Assembly: GCA_044222185.1 (NCBI GenBank)
Contig: JBGANV010000002.1
Span: 160,001 to 224,000, forward strand
Direction: 5' to 3'
Length of the DNA stretch: 64,000 nt
DNA from: Planctomycetota bacterium
GTDB taxonomy: Bacteria > Planctomycetota > GCA-002687715 > CAIWVZ01
The notes under the pieces were generated by a model. It was not told the origin of the DNA. It worked only from the letters and a program-made list of their open reading frames with translations, and did no database searches. The position numbers and the translations under genes were made by a program. Below, piece after piece: positions 9,095 to 18,060 of this stretch (positions are counted from its first letter, which is position 1; each line of letters starts with the position of its first letter).

Positions 9095-11539
9095 ATGGCG
9101 CGCATTCCACTCGTGGTGTTCGCGAGCGTCGTCGCCCTTCTCGCACAGGAACCCGCGACGACCTGGGTCGATTCGCTGACCCTCGACGTCGAGGGTCGGG
9201 CGTTCGCCGACGTCGCCGCGCCCTTCGATCGCCTGCCGGCCCGCGCGGAGACGCTCGTGCGCAAACCGGTGTGGGAGCTGAGTCGCAACTCGGCGGGCAT
9301 CGCGATCCGGTTTCGAACGGATGCGGAGAAGATCCAGGCCCGCTGGCGGGTGACGTCGGAGACGCTCGCCATGCCACACATGCCAGCGACGGGAGTCAGC
9401 GGCGTCGACCTCTACGTGCGTCTGGACTCGGGCGCATGGCGCTGGGCGGGATCCGGCCGCCCCAAGAAGCGCGATTCGGAGGCGACGTTGATCTCGGGTC
9501 TGTCCGTCGGGATGCGGGAATACCTCCTGTACCTCCCGCTGTACAACGGCACCGAGAAGCTCGAGATCGGCGTGCCTGCCGGTCGCAAGATCGAGAAGGC
9601 CGGTCCGCGCCCCGAGCCGTTCCGGCGGCCCGTCGTGTTCTACGGGACGTCGATAACGCACGGAGCGTGCGCGTCGCGTCCCGGAATGACGCACGTGGCG
9701 ATCCTCGGCCGTGACCTCGACCGGCCCGTCGTCAACCTGGGATTCTCCGGAAACGGAACGCTCGACCTGGAGATGGCCGATCTACTGGCCGAGATCGATG
9801 CTGCGGTCTACGTGCTCGACTGCCTGCCGAACATGAACGCGAAGACCGTCGCGGAGCGGGCGGCCCCCTTCGTGCGCAAACTTCGCGCGCTCAAGCCGGC
9901 AACGCCCATTCTCCTCGTGGAGGACCGGCGCGCACCGACGGCGGATCTCATCCCTGCGAGAAGCGCGTTTCACCGGGCGAACGCCGCCGCGCTCCGCACG
10001 AGCTACGAGACGTTGATGCGCGAGGGCGTCCCGGCGCTCTACTACCTCGGCACCGAGTTTCTCCTCGGGCACGACGGCGAAGCGACGGTCGACGACTCGC
10101 ATCCGACGGACCTGGGGTTCGAGCGGCAAGCGGCGGCCTTCCTCGAGAAGCTGCGGGACGCGCTCGCCCAGGACGACGCGCCGACACCGCTCGACCCCGT
10201 CCCGACCGCCCGTCAGCTTCGCTGGCACGCGCTCGAGTTCTACGCGTTCGTGCACTTCAACATGAACACGTTCTCGGACCTCGAATGGGGCAAGGGCGTG
10301 GAGGACCCGAACACCTTCAACCCGACGGCACTCGATTGCCGCCAGTGGGCGAAGGTCGCCCGCGAGGCCGGCATGAAGGCGATCATCCTCACTGCCAAGC
10401 ACCACGACGGCTTCTGCCTCTGGCCGTCGGCCCACTCCGCGCACACCGTGAGGCAGAGCCGTTGGCGCGACGGTCGCGGGGACGTCGTGCGCGAACTCAG
10501 CGACGCCTGCCGCGAGTTCGAGCTGAAGTTCGGCGTCTACATCTCACCGTGGGATCGCAACCACCCGGCCTACGGCGATTCACCCCGCTACAACGCGGTG
10601 TTCCGCGGTCAGTTGACCGAGCTCCTGTCGCACTATGGCGAAGTCTCCGAGGTCTGGTTCGACGGCGCGTGCGGCGAGGGCCCCAACGGCAAGAAGCAGG
10701 TCTACGACTTCCCCTCGTTCATCGACGTGGTGCGCCGGCTGCAACCGAACGCCGTGATCTTCAGCGACGCCGGTCCGGACATCCGCTGGGTCGGGAACGA
10801 GAATGGCTTCGCCGATCCGACGTGCTGGTCGACTCTTCGTCGCGACGAGTTCTTCCCCGGCTGTCCGAACTCGGCGGAGCTCACGCAAGGCCACGAGGGC
10901 GGGACCCACTGGGTGCCCGCCGAGTGCGACGTCTCGATCCGGCCGGGCTGGTACTACCACGCCGATCAGGACGCCAAGGTCAAGTCGGTGGAGCAACTCC
11001 TCGACATCTACTACCGATCCGTCGGGCAGAACGGATCGCTGCTCTTGAACCTCCCCGTCGACCGGCGTGGCCTCGTCCACGAGAACGATGCAGCGCGTCT
11101 GATGGAGCTCCACCAGGCGCTCGCGACGACGTTCGGCCGCAACCTCGCGAGCGGGATGGCGGCGCAGGCGAACAACGTCCGCAGGAAGCTCGAACGGTTC
11201 GGCGCGGGACGGATCACCGACGGCGATCCGGAGACGTACTGGGCCGCTGACGACGGCGTGACACGGTGCGAGCTCACGCTCGAGGCAAGAGAGGCCACGA
11301 CGTTCGACCGCATCCAGCTCATGGAAGCAATCGCGTTGGGGCAGCGCGTCAAATCCTTCGGCATCGATGCCTGGGTCGACGGGGCGTGGACGCGGATCGC
11401 CGACGGGACGACGATCGGCCACAAGCGGATCTTCCGCGTCCCGCCGGTCACCACGACGAAAGTGCGCGTCGTGATCGGCGATGCACGGGCCTGCCCGGCG
11501 ATCGCCGAGTTCTCACTCTTTCGGTCGGCGGGGTCGTGA
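9095..11539 (+). CDS. Exported SGNH/GDSL esterase fused to GH29 alpha-L-fucosidase and a C-terminal F5/8-type (CBM32-like) domain
   Basis: GAGGAG RBS and signal peptide; GVDLY, YGTSITHG, NLGFSGNG, DDSHPTD (SGNH); FVHFNMNTF, LTAKHHDGFCLW, VWFDGA, ECDVSIRPGWYYH (GH29). Confidence 0.88.
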   Translation: MARIPLVVFASVVALLAQEPATTWVDSLTLDVEGRAFADVAAPFDRLPARAETLVRKPVWELSRNSAGIAIRFRTDAEKIQARWRVTSETLAMPHMPATGVSGVDLYVRLDSGAWRWAGSGRPKKRDSEATLISGLSVGMREYLLYLPLYNGTEKLEIGVPAGRKIEKAGPRPEPFRRPVVFYGTSITHGACASRPGMTHVAILGRDLDRPVVNLGFSGNGTLDLEMADLLAEIDAAVYVLDCLPNMNAKTVAERAAPFVRKLRALKPATPILLVEDRRAPTADLIPARSAFHRANAAALRTSYETLMREGVPALYYLGTEFLLGHDGEATVDDSHPTDLGFERQAAAFLEKLRDALAQDDAPTPLDPVPTARQLRWHALEFYAFVHFNMNTFSDLEWGKGVEDPNTFNPTALDCRQWAKVAREAGMKAIILTAKHHDGFCLWPSAHSAHTVRQSRWRDGRGDVVRELSDACREFELKFGVYISPWDRNHPAYGDSPRYNAVFRGQLTELLSHYGEVSEVWFDGACGEGPNGKKQVYDFPSFIDVVRRLQPNAVIFSDAGPDIRWVGNENGFADPTCWSTLRRDEFFPGCPNSAELTQGHEGGTHWVPAECDVSIRPGWYYHADQDAKVKSVEQLLDIYYRSVGQNGSLLLNLPVDRRGLVHENDAARLMELHQALATTFGRNLASGMAAQANNVRRKLERFGAGRITDGDPETYWAADDGVTRCELTLEAREATTFDRIQLMEAIALGQRVKSFGIDAWVDGAWTRIADGTTIGHKRIFRVPPVTTTKVRVVIGDARACPAIAEFSLFRSAGS

Positions 11540-12703
11540 GAGCACGAAACTCAATCGTTCCGCGACGTTCTTCGCCGCGGCGTCCCAGGTGAGGTTCGCC
11601 CGCACGTGAGCGGACGCCCGCTGGCCCATCTCGCGCATGCGAGGTCGGTGGTGGGCTGCGAGCTTCAGCAGCGCCGCGAGGTGATCGATGCTCGGTTCCA
11701 GCGTCCACGCCGGACCGACCGTCTGCATGGGCGTGGTCATCGTGCGCCGATCGGACGGGATGAACACCGCCGTCCCCTCGGAGCAGAAGTCGTCCGTGCT
11801 CCCTCCGCGCGTGACGATGGGCGTGAGCCCGCACGCCATCGATTCTGCCACCGGAAGCGCGAACCCTTCGCCGCGATACGGATGTACGAGCATGTGACAC
11901 GCCGTATACAGCGACGGCAGTTCGCAGAGTGGCATGTCGTCGTCGATGTAGACGATCTCGCCGGCGTCCGGCATCGCCTGCACCTTGCGAATCCCCTCGT
12001 GGAACGTCTGCCCCTTGTAGGCGTTGTCGCGGCAGAAGTCTTTGATGACGAGACAGACGTCGTCGGTGCGACGGAACGCCTTGACCCAGGCTTGCAGCAG
12101 GACGTCGATGCCCTTGCGGTGGATCGTCCCGCCGACGAAGAGGAAGCGGAACGACTTCTTGGTTGCGTTCACGATCCGAGGGTGCGGAGGCGCGTCACTC
12201 GAGAACGATGAATCGACCCCGAGGCGGATCACGTGGACGCGCTCCGGGTCCACGCCGTCATCGACGTAGGCGGATCGGTTGACGTTCGCGTAGACCCACA
12301 CGTCGTCCGCGCGATCGCGGAACGCCCGGATCCACTCGGCAGGCATACTGCCGAACTCCCACGGCTGGAAGACGACCCAATGCCCGGGACCCGGGCTCTT
12401 GAGGATCGGCGGCCACACGTGCGTGATCTCGAGATCGGCTGGGGTCTTGCGCCGCTGGCGACGCGCGGCGGCAAGCAGGGCCGCGGACTCGTCGCCGGCC
12501 TTGCCGGGGTTGAACGCGGCCTTCCCCGACTGTGAGACCTCCACGTCGAACTCGGGCAGCCCAGCCAGACCGCCCGCGAGCCTTCGGTTCACGAGTGCGA
12601 GGCTGTGATGGACGAAGAACTCGCCGTGCCAGCGCACGTGGGCAACGCGCGGCGGCGCCACCGGACCGGTCGCGGTCCCCGATGTCCCAATCCCATTCAT
12701 CAC
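11513..12703 (-). CDS. Glycosyltransferase family 4
   Basis: FLFVGGTIHRKGIDVLL; HPYRGEGFALPVAESMACG. Confidence 0.88.
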   Translation of the reverse strand: MMNGIGTSGTATGPVAPPRVAHVRWHGEFFVHHSLALVNRRLAGGLAGLPEFDVEVSQSGKAAFNPGKAGDESAALLAAARRQRRKTPADLEITHVWPPILKSPGPGHWVVFQPWEFGSMPAEWIRAFRDRADDVWVYANVNRSAYVDDGVDPERVHVIRLGVDSSFSSDAPPHPRIVNATKKSFRFLFVGGTIHRKGIDVLLQAWVKAFRRTDDVCLVIKDFCRDNAYKGQTFHEGIRKVQAMPDAGEIVYIDDDMPLCELPSLYTACHMLVHPYRGEGFALPVAESMACGLTPIVTRGGSTDDFCSEGTAVFIPSDRRTMTTPMQTVGPAWTLEPSIDHLAALLKLAAHHRPRMREMGQRASAHVRANLTWDAAAKNVAERLSFVLSRPRRPKE

Positions 12704-12771
12704 GTCGGGATATCGGCAACGCGATGCCGCCGGCTTGAGGAAGCAGGCGGCTGCCGGGTTAGGCTTCCGCC

Positions 12772-14178
12772 ATGATTCCCGTTCTCCTTGCGGCCGTCCT
12801 GACGCTCGTCACGCAGGATCCTGGGTTCGATGCGACCTTCACCGGCCGCACGTTGCGGTTCGACTACAACCACGCCGGCAAGTCCGGCGAGGAGCACGTC
12901 GCGCTCCGCGGCATGCGGCTCGAGGGCCCGTGGGCCGGACCGCGCGCCAGGCTGACCGACGATCTGAATCTGGGTCAGTTCCGGGTCCGCATCCTCGACA
13001 CGAAGACGAAGCGGCTGCTCTATGCCCATGGCTTCGGCAGCATCTTCGGCGAGTGGCAGACGACGGGCGAGGCGAAGACCGCCTGGCGCGCCATCGAGGA
13101 GTCCGTCCGGTTCCCCGAGCCCAAGGCACCGTTCACCCTGGCTCTCGATCGCCGTTCCGATGGGGGGACCTTCGAACCCATCTTCTCAGGCGACTGGGAT
13201 ACGGAAGGCCGAACCATCGACCGCAGCCCCATCACACCGCGCGGTGAAGTCATCACGCTGATGGACAACGGCCCGGCCGCGAAGAAGGTGGACATGCTGT
13301 TTCTCGCCGAGGGCTACACGGCGGACCAGCGCGAGAAGTTTCGCGGCGATGCCACGCGCGTGCTCGGCGCATTGTTCGAGACGGAGCCCTACAAGCGTCA
13401 TCGCACCGACTTCAACGTGCGCGGGATCTTCCTTCCCGCGGCGCAGGCGGGCATCAGCAATCCACGCAAGGGCATCTGGCGTGACTCGCCCTTCGGATGC
13501 ACGTTCAACTCCTTCGACAGCGATCGCTACGTGCTCACGCTCGCCGATCGCAACCTCCGCGAGATCGCGGCGCAGGCGCCCTATGACGCGCTCGTCATCC
13601 TCTTCAACGACCGCAAGTATGGCGGCGGCGGAATCTACGGCCTGTGGTCCACGTGCGCGGCCGATTCCAGCGAGGCGAACTACCTGCTGGTCCACGAATT
13701 CGGTCACGCCTTCGCCGGTCTCGCGGACGAGTACTACACGTCGCAAGTCGCCTACGAGCAGTTCCCGCCACCCGGCACCGAGCCGTGGGAGCCGAACGTC
13801 ACGGCGTTGCGGGATCCCAAGGCCCTGAAGTGGCGCGATCTCGTCGACGCCGACACGCCCCTACCCTCGCCGTGGAATCAGGCCGCCTACGACGCCACCG
13901 ATCTGGCCCTCCAGGCGAAACGCAAGGACCTCATCGAGAAGCGTGGCACCGACGAAGCGATGGAAGCCCTGTTCGGAGAGACGAAGAGCATCACGTCGAA
14001 GATGCTCGAGTCCGAGAAGCTCTTCGGGAAGGTCGGTGCGTTCGAAGGTGCCAACTATCAGGCGAAGGGTTACTTCCGCCCCGAGCTCGACTGCATCATG
14101 TTCACCCGCAACCCGAAACGGTTCTGCAAGGTCTGCGAGCGGGCGATCGAGACGGTGATCGCCTCGTATCTCGACTGA
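12772..14178 (+). CDS. Exported peptidase M64 (IgA peptidase-like)
   Basis: Signal peptide; VDMLFLAEGYT; YGGGG; HEFGHAFAGLADEY; C-terminal CIM..FCKVC. Confidence 0.9.
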   Translation: MIPVLLAAVLTLVTQDPGFDATFTGRTLRFDYNHAGKSGEEHVALRGMRLEGPWAGPRARLTDDLNLGQFRVRILDTKTKRLLYAHGFGSIFGEWQTTGEAKTAWRAIEESVRFPEPKAPFTLALDRRSDGGTFEPIFSGDWDTEGRTIDRSPITPRGEVITLMDNGPAAKKVDMLFLAEGYTADQREKFRGDATRVLGALFETEPYKRHRTDFNVRGIFLPAAQAGISNPRKGIWRDSPFGCTFNSFDSDRYVLTLADRNLREIAAQAPYDALVILFNDRKYGGGGIYGLWSTCAADSSEANYLLVHEFGHAFAGLADEYYTSQVAYEQFPPPGTEPWEPNVTALRDPKALKWRDLVDADTPLPSPWNQAAYDATDLALQAKRKDLIEKRGTDEAMEALFGETKSITSKMLESEKLFGKVGAFEGANYQAKGYFRPELDCIMFTRNPKRFCKVCERAIETVIASYLD

Positions 14179-14488
14179 ACGGAGCGATCGCGGGGCGATC
14201 CAGCTGACCGTCCTCCTCGTCGCTGCGAATCCACCCTGTGCGCCTCACGCGGTCGCAGGCGCGGCGGAGCTCGGTGCACGCGAGATTCCCCCACCGACGT
14301 CCACCGCACCCTCGAGCGTCGACACGATGCCGCCGCGCGGCCGAGCATGATCGCGACGGCCGCGTTGGCAGCCGTCGCCCGGTCACCGGAGCACGGCGCG
14401 CGGTCTCTTGCGTCGAGGCCGACGGTCAAGACGACGAGCCCCGGGCGAGCGGGGCGCTCCGCTGAGAGCGTCGGATCCTCGGCGGTCG

Positions 14489-17400
14489 TCAGTTCGGCCA
14501 GAGAAGCCGCAGAAGCCACGCGGACGATGGCGGTGTCGACCCGGTGTCGGCTCGCGCGTCGATGCTCTGGAGAAGAACCAGTCGTTTCGCGGCGAGAGGG
14601 TCGGGCTCGGTGATGTGAACCAGGTCCGCCGGCGAGAGGAGTGTGGGCGACATGATCACATTGCGAGGGTCGAGGCTATGCGACGGATCGAGCGCCGCGG
14701 GCATCCATGGCTGGACACCTGCCGCCAGAACGTGCCACACCTCGTGCGAGAAGATGTGCGGATTCAACCCGAGCGTGAACACCGGCCCGCCGGGCACCAC
14801 GGGTGGCGTCGTCACACCCATGGCGTACTTGCCGACGAAGATCGTGTTGTCGAAGGCGTCGGCGTGCGGGAACCCGACCGGGAAATAGGAAAGCCCGTAC
14901 GTCGCACCGCCCGGCAGCACGGCGTCCGCGTTCAGGATGAAGACGTCGATCGCCGTCGGGTCCATCCGCCCGTAGTTCAGACACATGGCATAGGTCCCGA
15001 GGCTGAACGCGTCCGACGGCGGAGATGCGAAGCCCTCGACGCCGAACCCGACCGTCGGCGGCGGATTCCCTTCGATCGCGAATGCGCGCGTGATGTTCGC
15101 CCGGAACGGGATCTCGCGACGGTTGATGAGGACCATGTATTGAGGACCCGTGGGCCACGCGATCGTTTGGAACTCGGGGACGAGGTAACCCTCGGGCAGC
15201 TGCGTCGTCGCGATCGCGATGATCAAGTTGTTGACGACAGTGGCGATGTTGTCGCCCAAGAGGAAGTCGACCCGGACCTCGACCCCGTTGACCTCTCCGC
15301 TGATGGCACCAGCACCGAGCGTGTACGCGGTGGGCTGCGTCTGCCAGAAGTGGATGGCGTTGTTGACGGGATTCAGATTGGTCGTTTCCGACGCATGGAC
15401 ACGCATTCCCGCCTGTGCGAGGTCATCGTTGATCCAATCGACTGCCTCGTCGTAGTTCCACGCTTCGCCAGGGAGTCCGAACAGCCGCAGCCTGGCGGTG
15501 CGCAACGCGTTGACGCCCGCCTCGGTCGGAGGTCTGAAAACCGGAAGCGACCGCTCGGTGAATGCGTTGCCGTTGATCTTCAGCGACGCACTCACGGAAT
15601 CGTTCGAGTAGATCTCGTTCGGATTGACGGGCGGATTGTCCAGCCGCGCGAGGCGCGTGTAGATCCCCCCGTGCGCGTCGTCCAGGTCATTCGAGACGAG
15701 ACGGACGAAGCCAGTCCGCAGGGCATCGACCGTTCCGATGGTCCCCGGAGTCAACGTGTACTGTTCGATGCTTCGCGGATAGGGTGGCTGGCCCGGGACC
15801 ATGACGGCGATGTCCACCTGGGCGTTCACCGATGCATCGAGCCCAACGACCTCCACCCTGAAGTTGTCGACGTCGCCGGTCGGGGCGGCATCGAAGACGA
15901 GCGGCGGCGGAAACGAGTTGTCCACATCCGCGTTCGTGAGCCGGATCGTCACCATCTCGCTGATCTCGAGGGCGGCGGACGGCCCATAGAGCGGAATCGG
16001 ATCGGAGAGGTCGCCGAGGAAGCGGAGACCGACGACCGATACGCTCACGACGTTCCGGCACATGAACCGCGCGGTGGTCATGTCGCTGTAGACGGCCGCG
16101 TGGATGTGCGTCTGGCCGGGCGCCCTTCCTTCGACCCAATAGGTCTGCGTTCCTGCGGCGGCAAAGGTGACGTAAGCACCATTGGTCACTTCACCGGTCT
16201 TGTTCGGATTCGTGAAGATCTTCACGCCGTCGACCGGGAACCAGCTCAAGCGCACGCGGCTTTGGCTGGATGGCGGCCCGAACGGGATGACGATCTGAAG
16301 CTGCTTGAGGTCGTCCTCGCCGTTGATGCTGGCCTCTCCGAGGTCGCTCGCGCCATTCGCGTTGTCGTCGTCGTCGTTCAACGGAATGAGATTGCCGAGA
16401 CGGCACTCCTCGGTCGCATTGTCGGTCGTGTTGATCGTTCCGTCGTTGTTCGAGTCCACGCGGACGTCGACACAGGGGTAGACGGTGAGCTGCACGCTCG
16501 GCGGCGTGACGATCGGGTCGTCGAAGTTCGCCCAGACGCCCGTGCCCGTGTACCACTGCGGCATCCCGTCGTCGCCGGTCAGCGAGACGCGAACGATAGT
16601 CGCGGCCTGGATCTTCGGAACCCAGCAGATCGGCTGCTGTGCCGTCGAGGAGCTGGATCCAGCGAGGAAGCTGGTTCCGGGCTCGCTGACGAACCAACCC
16701 GGTGTCGTCTGCAGCGTCCACGCGTAGCGCACCGAGTCTCGGCAATCGTATTCGATCGCACCGCCGCCGCAGTCCCACTTCTTCCGGTCGAAGTCCCTGA
16801 CGTTGCCCCAGAACGGGCTCGGTGTCTCGGCACAAATGAATCCGTCACCGGGGCCGCTCGACGCCGCCGTGAGTCGATAGGGCGACACCTGATTGATGGG
16901 AAGGGGCGACGTCAATTGACAAATGCACGACGCCCCGACCTGGCCGATGATCGTTCCTGGCGGCGTTTGCGTGCAGTATGCGTTCGGCTGATCGATCTTG
17001 ACGCGATAGGTGCCGTTCGCGTTGTGCCAGATCGTCACGGTCAGTTCGGGTAGTCCGCCATCGCATTGGGGCCGTTCCACGCGAGGGTCGTCCATCGTCA
17101 CTGGCACGGAAACTCCGGTTGCTGGCGTGAAGAAGCCGTCATCGATGTCCATCTGGATCTTGAACGTGATCGAGGAGCCTCGGTCGATCTTCCACCCGGG
17201 GTAGAAGATCACGGTGTCGCCCTGGCACGAGCGGACCTCGCGACATTGGCGATCGATGAACGTGGACCCACTCGGGGTCGTGTCCTGCAGGATCCAGCTC
17301 ACGTGTGTCGAGTCTCGGTGCGGATACACGTTGAGCGGAGAGATCCGGTCACCCTGGGTTCCCCAGAACGTGGCTTCGTCGAGGTCGTACGGAAACACAC

Positions 17401-17608
17401 GGATGATGATTGGCTCGGGAAAGCACTGCGTCTTGTCGTAGCCGCCGGATTGATCGTTGAATTGGATCTGCGGCATGATGGTCACGCGCGGAATCCACTC
17501 CAGAAGCGCTCCAGGACCACAGGCGGTCTGACCAACCGCCGTAACCGTGACGACAGAAACGAACGCGCAGGCGACGGCCATGTACATCGGCCGCAGTTCA
17601 AGACGCAT
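14489..17608 (-). CDS. Large exported protein with putative C-terminal zinc metalloprotease motif
   Basis: About 1039-aa ORF, GGAG RBS before ATG 17608, signal peptide; Asp/Asn-rich DSNNDG..NDDDDNANG..D segment; HEVWH..H..NVIM near the C-terminus. Confidence 0.65.
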   Translation of the reverse strand: MRLELRPMYMAVACAFVSVVTVTAVGQTACGPGALLEWIPRVTIMPQIQFNDQSGGYDKTQCFPEPIIIRVFPYDLDEATFWGTQGDRISPLNVYPHRDSTHVSWILQDTTPSGSTFIDRQCREVRSCQGDTVIFYPGWKIDRGSSITFKIQMDIDDGFFTPATGVSVPVTMDDPRVERPQCDGGLPELTVTIWHNANGTYRVKIDQPNAYCTQTPPGTIIGQVGASCICQLTSPLPINQVSPYRLTAASSGPGDGFICAETPSPFWGNVRDFDRKKWDCGGGAIEYDCRDSVRYAWTLQTTPGWFVSEPGTSFLAGSSSSTAQQPICWVPKIQAATIVRVSLTGDDGMPQWYTGTGVWANFDDPIVTPPSVQLTVYPCVDVRVDSNNDGTINTTDNATEECRLGNLIPLNDDDDNANGASDLGEASINGEDDLKQLQIVIPFGPPSSQSRVRLSWFPVDGVKIFTNPNKTGEVTNGAYVTFAAAGTQTYWVEGRAPGQTHIHAAVYSDMTTARFMCRNVVSVSVVGLRFLGDLSDPIPLYGPSAALEISEMVTIRLTNADVDNSFPPPLVFDAAPTGDVDNFRVEVVGLDASVNAQVDIAVMVPGQPPYPRSIEQYTLTPGTIGTVDALRTGFVRLVSNDLDDAHGGIYTRLARLDNPPVNPNEIYSNDSVSASLKINGNAFTERSLPVFRPPTEAGVNALRTARLRLFGLPGEAWNYDEAVDWINDDLAQAGMRVHASETTNLNPVNNAIHFWQTQPTAYTLGAGAISGEVNGVEVRVDFLLGDNIATVVNNLIIAIATTQLPEGYLVPEFQTIAWPTGPQYMVLINRREIPFRANITRAFAIEGNPPPTVGFGVEGFASPPSDAFSLGTYAMCLNYGRMDPTAIDVFILNADAVLPGGATYGLSYFPVGFPHADAFDNTIFVGKYAMGVTTPPVVPGGPVFTLGLNPHIFSHEVWHVLAAGVQPWMPAALDPSHSLDPRNVIMSPTLLSPADLVHITEPDPLAAKRLVLLQSIDARADTGSTPPSSAWLLRLLWPN

Positions 17609-18060
17609 GGTTGATCTCCGATGAAGCGCCACGACGGCGCCAGCACCTGTCTTCTTGAGATCGTCTGCAGAAAGCGGACACGGCCCTCACTCGGCGACGG
17701 CCGATGAATCCCCCTTCGGAGAGCGTCGTTGCCCGCTCCCTCGGTGCGCCGTGGAATTCGTGTGCCGATCGGCCCGCCGCACGCGCCGGTGGTGCGTCGC
17801 GCGACACCGATCGATCGAGGCGGTCGCAACCCCCCTCCGATGAGCTGAAGCCGTTGCGCGAACGCGGCGCCGGCGCCCCAGCAGCGTGCACACCTCGCGG
17901 CGTGCGCTTCGTGAGGGGCCGGGGCCCCATCCGCTCGATCGCCAGGCGTACCAGCGCTTCGGCCTTCCCGGCAGTACGGCCGCGCGATCGCCGGGCTGCG
18001 CACGCGTCGCTTTCCTGCACGTCCTCGGAGCGCTCGCCGACACGCTGGTACAGTCGCCGC

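Noticed and set aside
14408-17053. Long antisense or alternative-frame ORFs (also 36054..38624, 54669..56972, 7281..9377, 22402..24624)
   Set aside because: Shadows of real genes in high-GC DNA; no recognisable motifs
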